NCBI GenBank assembly: GCA_963828735.1
Contig: CAWHFW010000005.1
Coordinates: 96,001 to 160,000 of the forward strand
DNA: 64,000 nucleotides
Reading direction: 5' to 3'
Source of the DNA: an uncultured Gemmatimonadales bacterium
GTDB taxonomy: Bacteria > Gemmatimonadota > Gemmatimonadetes > Gemmatimonadales > GWC2-71-9
The position numbers and the translations under genes were made by a program. The notes beneath the pieces were generated by a model. The model made no database searches. It was given only the letters and a program-made list of their open reading frames with translations, and was not told the DNA's origin. Below are positions 57,290 to 64,000 of the stretch, one piece after another (within the stretch, counting starts at the first letter, position 1; each line of letters starts with the position of its first letter).

Positions 57290-58090
57290 TTAGCGCTTAT
57301 CCGCCGAGGTCCAGCGCGCCACTTCCTCCGCACTCAGCGAGCCGTAAGGGCGGATGCGGGCATCGCGAAAGCTGCCGCCGAACACATCGCCGAGATACTG
57401 CGACCAGGACAGGAGCGTGCCGTAGCAGACCGGATCCTCGGCGTCCGGCGCATCGACCTCGGTGGCCACCCGGCCCAGCAGCTCATGCATGAGCCAGCCT
57501 GGCACGCGCGAGCGGGCGCTCGGGAAGATGAAGCCGAACAGGACCAGGTGCGTCAGCAGTACGCGCCAGTGCGCGCCGAACCGCTCCAGCAACCGGTACC
57601 AGTCGAGGCGGTCCCCGTAGGCCAGGATGATGTGCGCCACATCGGCCCCGTCGAATCGTTCGCGTTCCATGACGAACGCCTTGGACCAGATGCTCTCTTC
57701 GGCGGGTGCGACCAGCACGTTGAGGCCAAGCACGTTCTGCTCGGTCGCGTGGTCGAACCACGGGTCGTCCACGACGGCGATCCCGTTTCCCGAGCTGAAG
57801 ATCACGTCGATGAATCCGTCGGAAGACCGCACCTTGGCCAGCCAGTGCGAGAACACGAGCTCGGCCTCGTATCCCGCCGCCGCGCATACCTCGAGCAGAC
57901 GGTGCACGTCGGCGGGCCGTACGAAGATGTCGAGGTCCTTGGTCGAACGGTCGATGCCCGCCTGGTGCACGAAGGCGAATGCCCCGCCGACCAGGAAGGG
58001 AACATCACCGCGTCTCAGGACCTCCATCGCCTGCCGGTAGAAGGCGCGCGAGGGGGTTTCGACCAAGGACTGGGTAGGCGCGAGGGCCAT
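57290..58090 (-). CDS. Nucleotidyltransferase family protein (Pol-beta superfamily)
   Basis: FLVGGAFA...R.TKDLDIFV, IDVIF; AGGAGG upstream of ATG 58090. Confidence 0.82.
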   Translation of the reverse strand: MALAPTQSLVETPSRAFYRQAMEVLRRGDVPFLVGGAFAFVHQAGIDRSTKDLDIFVRPADVHRLLEVCAAAGYEAELVFSHWLAKVRSSDGFIDVIFSSGNGIAVVDDPWFDHATEQNVLGLNVLVAPAEESIWSKAFVMERERFDGADVAHIILAYGDRLDWYRLLERFGAHWRVLLTHLVLFGFIFPSARSRVPGWLMHELLGRVATEVDAPDAEDPVCYGTLLSWSQYLGDVFGGSFRDARIRPYGSLSAEEVARWTSADKR

Positions 58091-58188
58091 GGCGCTGCCT
58101 CCTGGATCGGCTAGCATAACTGCTGTCCCGCCGGGGGGTTGTGGCCGGGATCACCGCTCGGCCCTCCGTCGCCGGATTGATTGGGCGT

Positions 58189-58947
58189 ATGGCCAAGTCC
58201 TCACAGACGGTTCGGATCGCCGCGGTGGCCGACCTCCATTTCGGCCGAACAGGTTACGGTCCGCCGCTCCGGGCACTCTTCGACGGCCTCGGGGAGCGGG
58301 CGGACGTGCTCGCGATCTGCGGCGACCTCACCGATACCGGCGACCCCGAGGAGGCCCGGGGGCTCGCCAGGGTGCTCGGCGGGGCCACCGTGCCCACGGT
58401 GGCCGTGCTCGGGAACCACGACTACGAGTCGGGGAAGGTCGCCGAGCTGAGCCGGATCCTGTGCGACGTGGGTGTGCACGTGCTCGATGGGAGCACGTTC
58501 GAAATACGCGGGGTCGGGTTCGCGGGGGTGAAGGGGTTCGCCGGCGGATTCGGGCGGCGGGCCCTGGGCCCGTGGGGGGAGGAGACGATCAAGCTCTTCG
58601 TACAGGAGGCGTTGAACGAGGCACTCAAGCTGGAGACCGCGCTGGCCAAGATCCGTGCCTCCCGCCGCGTCGTGCTGATGCACTATTCGCCGGTCGAGAG
58701 CACCGTGGAGGGGGAGCCGAAGGAGATCTATCCGTACCTCGGCTCGAGCCGGCTCGAGGAGCCGCTCACCCGCTATCCGGTCGACGCCGTCTTCCACGGC
58801 CACGCGCATCACGGCGCGCCCGAGGGACGTACGAAGACCGGCGTGCCGGTCTACAACGTCTCGATCAATCTGCTCCAGCGCGTGCACCCCGACGGCTGGC
58901 CGGTGCGGCTGCTCGAGCTCGCCGTGGACGGGGAGGGGCCCGCCTGA
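58189..58947 (+). CDS. Calcineurin-like metallophosphoesterase
   Basis: ADLH, GDLTD, GNHD, MHYSP, HGHAH. Confidence 0.9.
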   Translation: MAKSSQTVRIAAVADLHFGRTGYGPPLRALFDGLGERADVLAICGDLTDTGDPEEARGLARVLGGATVPTVAVLGNHDYESGKVAELSRILCDVGVHVLDGSTFEIRGVGFAGVKGFAGGFGRRALGPWGEETIKLFVQEALNEALKLETALAKIRASRRVVLMHYSPVESTVEGEPKEIYPYLGSSRLEEPLTRYPVDAVFHGHAHHGAPEGRTKTGVPVYNVSINLLQRVHPDGWPVRLLELAVDGEGPA

Positions 58948-60373
58948 TCACCCGCCCCCGGGAATCCCCTTCCCGCCCGGCACGCCGAGCTCGGTCATCG
59001 CCCGAAGGTTCAGAATCTCGTCGAGCTCGCGACCCGCGAGCAGCTCTTTCTTCACCACCAGCTCCTTGACCGTGAGCCCGGTGGCGATCGCCTCTTTCGC
59101 CAGCTTGGCCGCCTCGGCGTAGCCGATCTTCGGCGCGAGGGCCGTGACCAGCGCCGGGCTCCGCTCGAGCCAGTACGCGCACTGCCGTTCGTCGGCCTCG
59201 ATCCCGTCGACGCACCGCTCGGCCAGGACACGGCTCGCGTTGCCCACGATCTGGAGGCCGAACACGATGTTGTGGGTGATGACCGGCATCATCACGTTGA
59301 GCTCGAGCTGTCCGGCCTCCGCCGCCAGCGCCACGGTGGTGTCGAGACCGAGGGCCTGGAAGCACACCTGGTTCACCATCTCGGCGATCGAGGGATTCAC
59401 CTTGCCCGGCATGATGCTCGATCCCGGCTGCACGGCCGGGAGCATGATCTCGGCCAGCCCGGTGCGCGGGCCGGACGCGAGCAGCCGGATGTCGTTGGCG
59501 ATCTTGTTGAGGTCGAGCACGTACGCCCGGAACGCACCGCTGCAGCGTGGCGATGTCGCCCATGCGACTGCATGAGCTGGATCCGGTCGCGCGCTTCGCG
59601 GAGGTCGAGCCCGCTCACCTCGGCGAGGTACTTCACCATCAGCGACGGGATAGATGGGCTCGGCGTTGAGGCCGGTGCCCACCGCAGTGCCGCCGATGTT
59701 CAGCTCGCGGAGCCAGTCCGCCGCCTGCGCGAGCTTCTCGCGATGGCGCTGCACCGTGTGCCCGTAGGCGGTGAACTCCTGGCCCAGTCGGATGGGCGTG
59801 GCATCCTGCAGGTGCGTGCGGCCCGACTTGATGATGTCGTCGAACGCCGTGCCCTTGGCCAGCAGCGAGGTCGGCGAGGACATCGAGCGCGCCGAGAACG
59901 GACGGAAGCGTGGCCAGCATCGCGAGCCGCATCGCCGTGGGGATCACGTCGTTGGTGCTCTGGGCCATGTTGACGTGATCGTTCGGGTGGACCGGCGCGT
60001 ACACGCCGCGCGCACCGCCGAGAATCTCGTTGGCCCGGTTCGCGAGCACCTCGTTAACGTTCATGTTGTGGCTCGTGCCCGCGCCCGCCTGGTACACGTC
60101 CACGATGAACTGGTCGCGATGCCGCCCGCCGAGCACTTCGTCGGCCGCCTGCACGATGGCGTCGGCCAGGCGGTGCCTCGAGTCGGCCGGTCTCCTTGTG
60201 CGTGAGCGCCGCCGAGCGCTTGATCCAGACCACCGCGTCCACGAAAGCGGCAGCGGACGCAGGCCGGAGATCGGGAAATTCTCGGCGGCGCGCAGCGTCT
60301 GGATGCCGTACAGCGCGTCCTCGGGGACGGCCTTTTCGCCCAGGGGATCACGTTCGATGCGGGGGCTGGTCAT
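58948..60373 (-). CDS. Aspartate ammonia-lyase / class II fumarase family (several frameshifts)
   Basis: ERD.LG, YGIQT.RA.ENF, QAGAGTS.NMN.NEV, HPNDHVNMAQSTND, KSGRTHLQDATP, GSSIMPGKVNP distributed over several frames. Confidence 0.85.
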
Positions 60374-60463
60374 GGTCGGGGCGGTCCTGTGGGCATCGAG
60401 TGGGGCGGTGAGCATGCACGCGGAGCGACGGGAATGATACCGGGCGCGGAGGGCCGACAACCG

Positions 60464-60789
60464 ATGAGCGACCATTTCCGCCAGATCTCCGACGCCGCGG
60501 CGTTCGACGCCGACCGGGCTACCAAGGCCGACCTGTTCCGCGGCGGGCACCTGTTCGCTCGGGCTCAACTGCTTCGAGCCGGGGCAGGCACAGCACATGC
60601 ACGCGCACGCCGGAGCGGACAAGTTCTACTTCGTGCTCAGCGGGCAGGCGCGAATGACGGTGGGCGATGAAACGCGGGAGGCCGAGGCCGGGCACGGTGG
60701 TGTGGGCGCCGGCCGATGTGCCGCACGGCGTCGACGAGGCGCTGGAGCGGACGGTGCTGCTAGTGGGGATCGCCCCACCGCCCGGCTAG
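60464..60789 (+). CDS. Cupin domain protein (two frameshifts)
   Basis: Joined frames give MSDHF...LF / GLNCFEPGQAQHMHAHAGADKFYFVLSG...AG / TVVWAPADVPHGV...IAPPPG*. Confidence 0.75.
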
Positions 60790-61648
60790 CTGCCGGAGCG
60801 CCGGGCCCACCCCTGTAGACTGCGAGCCGGCCGTAGTGCGGATGCAGCCAGACGCCGAGCACCACACCGACGCCGTTGGCGTAGATCCGCCAGGCCAGCA
60901 GCAGCCAGCCTTCGTCGGCGCCGAGATCGCCGGCGGCGCCTCCGAGGAAGCCGAGCTCCACCGCACCCGCGCCCGAGGGCGTGGGCAGGATGAGTTGGCG
61001 TAGAGCAGCGCGAACGAGCCCAACGCGAGGGGGCCCATCGGCGGCGGATCGGGCAGCGTGAGCGCCAGGACGGGCAGGATGGCCACGCGCGTGACCAGGT
61101 TGACGAAGGGTCAGCGGCACGCTCGCGACGAGCGGCCATCGCGGCATCCGCCGCCAGTAGACCATCGCGCGTCGGACCGGGCGACGGAGCTGGCGGGCCG
61201 CCGGCGACCCCACCATCCTCCGCGCCGATCGCCACGCGAGCAGGCTCAGGATCGCCACCACCAGCACCCACGGCCACGCCCCCGCTGCCGCGGTGGTGAG
61301 TCGGGGCCCCGCCTCGTGCCACCATTCCGGCGCGTACTGCCACGCGAGCCACCCCGAGGCCAGGATGATCACGGGCCAGGCGGCCAGGACCTCGAGGCTG
61401 ATCGCCACGAACGCCGCCGGTGCGGGCACGCGGCTCCGCAGCATCCCCGCCAGCCGCGCGGGCTCCCCGCCGATGCGCAGCGGCGTGAGTGCGCACGCGG
61501 CGTCGCCGAAGGCGTTCAGCACGAACGAGTCCCAGAGCGACATCCGGTGGCCGAGCCCCTTCACGATCCACTGGATCCGCCAGGCACGCGCCAGGAGATC
61601 GGCGGCCACCAAGCCGACGCAGATCAGATGCGCATGCAGCGGCGTCAT
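60760..61648 (-). CDS. Lysylphosphatidylglycerol synthase TM / flippase-like membrane protein (frameshifted; 3' end uncertain)
   Basis: RAWR, TPLRIGGEPAR, PTPSGAGAVELGF, LLAWR found in different frames. Confidence 0.72.
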
Positions 61649-62364
61649 CCGCGGAGCGCGGTATAGGTGACGGGGCGGTGACGCGCGAGCCAGCGGTCGA
61701 GGGTGGGGCCGATCGACGCCGCCGTCGCGGGGTGCGCGAGGTCCTGGGGATGCAGGGCAATCCGCGCGAGCGGCGCGCCGCCCTGGAGGGTCCAGCGGGC
61801 CCGGGCGACGGCCACGGAGCCCCACGCGCGAACCGGGCTTCGCGCGCTCCAGCGGACGGCCGGCGCCGGGACTCGACGCCCGGACGGGAACAGATGGATC
61901 ACGCGGTCGTCCTCGCTGAAGGCGAGGCCCGTACCGCCCGCGGCGCGATGGACGTCGTCGTGCGCGAGCCAGGCGGGCGGCACGAAGCCGACGGGCTCCA
62001 GGCCCAGGGCCTGGAGTCGCGCGCGACCGCGCACGATGCGCTCGCGGGCGGCGGGCCCGTCCAGGGTCAGGAACTCGCCTTCCCGCGCCGTCCGCCCCCA
62101 GGCACGAAGCGTATCGACGAGTCGACGCGGCGCACCCGCCTCATCGTGGCGTTCGCCATGGAGCACGATCTCGGCGCCGTCGTCCGCGCGAGCCCGAAGC
62201 CACGCGACAAACGCGGCGTGCCTCTCGAGCGGCCATTCGCCATGCCAGTCGGGAACGACCAGCAGAGCGGGTCTGAGCCCCCGCGCGACGCACAGCGCCC
62301 ACAGACGCTCGACCCCAGTCGCGTGCGCCGGCGTCACGTCGTGAATGGAGACGAGCAGGCTCAC
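61645..62364 (-). CDS. Polysaccharide deacetylase-like protein (DUF2334-type)
   Basis: VSIHDVTP, LLVVP.WHG, LHG..H, EGEF, GFVPPAW, RIALHP.D. Confidence 0.82.
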   Translation of the reverse strand: MSLLVSIHDVTPAHATGVERLWALCVARGLRPALLVVPDWHGEWPLERHAAFVAWLRARADDGAEIVLHGERHDEAGAPRRLVDTLRAWGRTAREGEFLTLDGPAARERIVRGRARLQALGLEPVGFVPPAWLAHDDVHRAAGGTGLAFSEDDRVIHLFPSGRRVPAPAVRWSARSPVRAWGSVAVARARWTLQGGAPLARIALHPQDLAHPATAASIGPTLDRWLARHRPVTYTALRG

Positions 62365-63590
62365 GTCCGGAGAATGTCCCGGTATATGCCGAAGATCCGG
62401 TCGAGCGCGGCGTCCCAGCCGTGGTACGTCTCCGCGTACCGCCGCCCCACGGCGCCCAACTCGGCGAGGTTGCCCTTGAGGAGGTATTCCGCCTGCTCGG
62501 CGAGGGCGCCAGCGTCACCGGAGGCGAACAGGGCGCCGGCCCCCGAGCGGCCCACGGTTTCCGCGACGCCGCCGCGGTCGGCGGCGAGCACCGGGGTTCC
62601 GCACGCCAGCGCCTCGATGGCCGACAGGCCGGCGGTCTCGGTCGAGGAGGGTGCCACCGCGAGGTCCGCCGCGGCGAACAGTGCCGCGACGCGCTCGCGG
62701 TCGTGCTGGAACGGCACCCAGAAGATGCGCTCGCTGCCGGGACACCGGTGGAGACGCCGTCTCGCCGGGCCATCGCCCACGACGGCGAGCCGCGCGCCCG
62801 TGCGTCGCTCGACCTCCGGCCAGGCGGCGAGCAGCAGGTCCACCTCCTTGTCGCCGGCCAGCCGCCCGACGTACATCGCGAGCGGGCCCTCCGGCAGGCC
62901 GTGACGCCGTCTGGTGTCGGCGGCCTGCTCGCGATAGCGTGGATGGAATTGCAGCAGGTCGACGCCGAGCGACACGCGGACGACCCGCTCCACGCCCACC
63001 CGCTCGAGCTCCTGCGCCATGTGATCCGAGGGCGCGAGCGTGGCGCGCACCATACGTCCCAGCCGGCGAACGTACCGCCAGGCGAGCTCCGCCGCCTGGC
63101 GGCGCACCGCCCCCACCCGCTCCGGCCACGGAGCGATGATCCTCGGAAAATTGCTGTGGTAGAACCAGGCCACCGGTACATCGATGCGACGCGTCGCGAG
63201 ATGCACCAGCCACGGCGCGAACCAGGTGCTGCCGACCTCGATCAGGTCCGGCGACTCGTGCGCCACGATTCGGCTGGTCGATCGGGTCGCGAGCATGAAC
63301 CGGTACGGCTTCTGGGTGGGCACGCTGGGGCCATGAAGGCGGTAGCACCGGACACCGCTCGCCTCGAGAATCTCATCGCGCGCTCCGGGCACCACGATCG
63401 CCTGGCGGAGCTCGGGACGGCGCTGCACGTAGCGCGCCTTCTGCAGGAGATAGGTGCGGACGCCTCCGGTGGTCTCCCCGAAGAACTCGGTGATGTCGAG
63501 GACACCGAGGTTGGCGGCGGGACGCAGGCGTGGTGGCAGCTCAAGGCGTGAAATGTCGAGCGAGGCGCGCGCGCCGGCCGGCGCCACCAC
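62361..63590 (-). CDS. Glycosyltransferase family 4 (start uncertain)
   Basis: DIT.FF....GGVRTYL, YHS.FP, LGVD...FHP, YVGRL..K, VGDGP, ET.GL..IEALACGTPV. Confidence 0.88.
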   Translation of the reverse strand: MVAPAGARASLDISRLELPPRLRPAANLGVLDITEFFGETTGGVRTYLLQKARYVQRRPELRQAIVVPGARDEILEASGVRCYRLHGPSVPTQKPYRFMLATRSTSRIVAHESPDLIEVGSTWFAPWLVHLATRRIDVPVAWFYHSNFPRIIAPWPERVGAVRRQAAELAWRYVRRLGRMVRATLAPSDHMAQELERVGVERVVRVSLGVDLLQFHPRYREQAADTRRRHGLPEGPLAMYVGRLAGDKEVDLLLAAWPEVERRTGARLAVVGDGPARRRLHRCPGSERIFWVPFQHDRERVAALFAAADLAVAPSSTETAGLSAIEALACGTPVLAADRGGVAETVGRSGAGALFASGDAGALAEQAEYLLKGNLAELGAVGRRYAETYHGWDAALDRIFGIYRDILRT

Positions 63591-63621
63591 CTCGAGGTCG
63601 AGCAGGCCTCCCGCGGTGGCG

Positions 63622-63840
63622 TCAGTCAGAGCAGTCCCCGAGTGGGTACACGGTGCCGCAGTTGGCGCAGGGGTTCTTGCAGCCCCGGGCGCGGAGGGAG
63701 ACCTCGAAGCCGCAGCGGTTGCAGGTCGGGCGAGCGGGTCGACCGGCGATTCCTCGATCGGGGTGCCGGCCGGGCGCGCCATCGTCGGTCCCTTCGATCG
63801 CCCGCCCGTCCGACCCGCGGATCGCCAGCGCGTCACCCAA
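63622..63840 (-). CDS. Small Cys-rich zinc-ribbon-like protein (start uncertain)
   Basis: CNRCG...CKNPCANCG....DCSD* at the C-terminus. Confidence 0.6.
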   Translation of the reverse strand: MGDALAIRGSDGRAIEGTDDGAPGRHPDRGIAGRPARPTCNRCGFEVSLRARGCKNPCANCGTVYPLGDCSD

Positions 63841-64000
63841 CGGGAAATGCTCCCGTCAGAAACGGGTTGGTCAGCCGCTCCACGCCGATCGTGGTGTCCG
63901 GGCCGTGCCCGCTGTGGACGACGGTCGAATCGGGGAGCGACAGGAACTGGGATTGGATGGTGCTCATCAGCGTCGCGTAGTCGCCGCCGGGGAGGTCGGT
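63833..64000 (-). CDS. MBL-fold metallo-hydrolase (C-terminal part; runs off right edge)
   Basis: Manual translation TDLPGGDYATLMSTIQSQFLSLPDSTVVHSGHGPDTTIGVERLTNPFL..*. Confidence 0.88.
   Translation of the reverse strand, partial: TDLPGGDYATLMSTIQSQFLSLPDSTVVHSGHGPDTTIGVERLTNPFLTGAFPVG

Noticed and set aside
58948..61648. Calling these genes pseudogenes or programmed frameshift sites
   Set aside because: Indels cluster across unrelated genes with intact motifs; sequencing error is more parsimonious

Overview
GC-rich bacterial chromosomal window (roughly 70% GC by eye). Gene order, a long SecA, a SARP/BTAD-kinase gene and TPR lipoproteins suggest Gemmatimonadota, but this is inference. Most of it is housekeeping on the minus strand: tol/exb operon, TsaP-like LysM protein, ssb, rimI-tsaB-tsaE-uvrB, rel, radC, secA-nadD-bamD, nucleotide-sugar genes, murB-carB, rmd-gmd, rpmB, the rpmJ-rpsMKD-rpoA-rplQ operon, pyrDF, amidase, smpB and tRNA-Leu(CAG, plus strand). 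Accessory blocks are: (i) a polyamine uptake/catabolism cluster (9.6-19.7 kb); (ii) an islet with a SARP/BTAD activator fused to a Ser/Thr kinase, facing an 11-bp-period direct-repeat array and an Ig-like lipoprotein (23.9-26.8 kb); (iii) an Rrf2 / cysteine synthase / JAB protease / ubiquitin-like-E1-rhodanese fusion cluster with an internal terminator (53.9-57.2 kb); (iv) a divergent nucleotidyltransferase / metallophosphoesterase pair; (v) a GT4 / deacetylase / flippase-like triad. Non-coding structure includes three copies of a long palindromic repeat family, degenerate octamer tandem repeats (one in frame inside carB) and several probably leaderless genes. Frameshifts in ssb and a dense run at 59.5-61.1 kb are most likely sequencing indels. 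No CRISPR, transposase, integrase or rRNA seen. All calls are by motif recognition; no searches were run.
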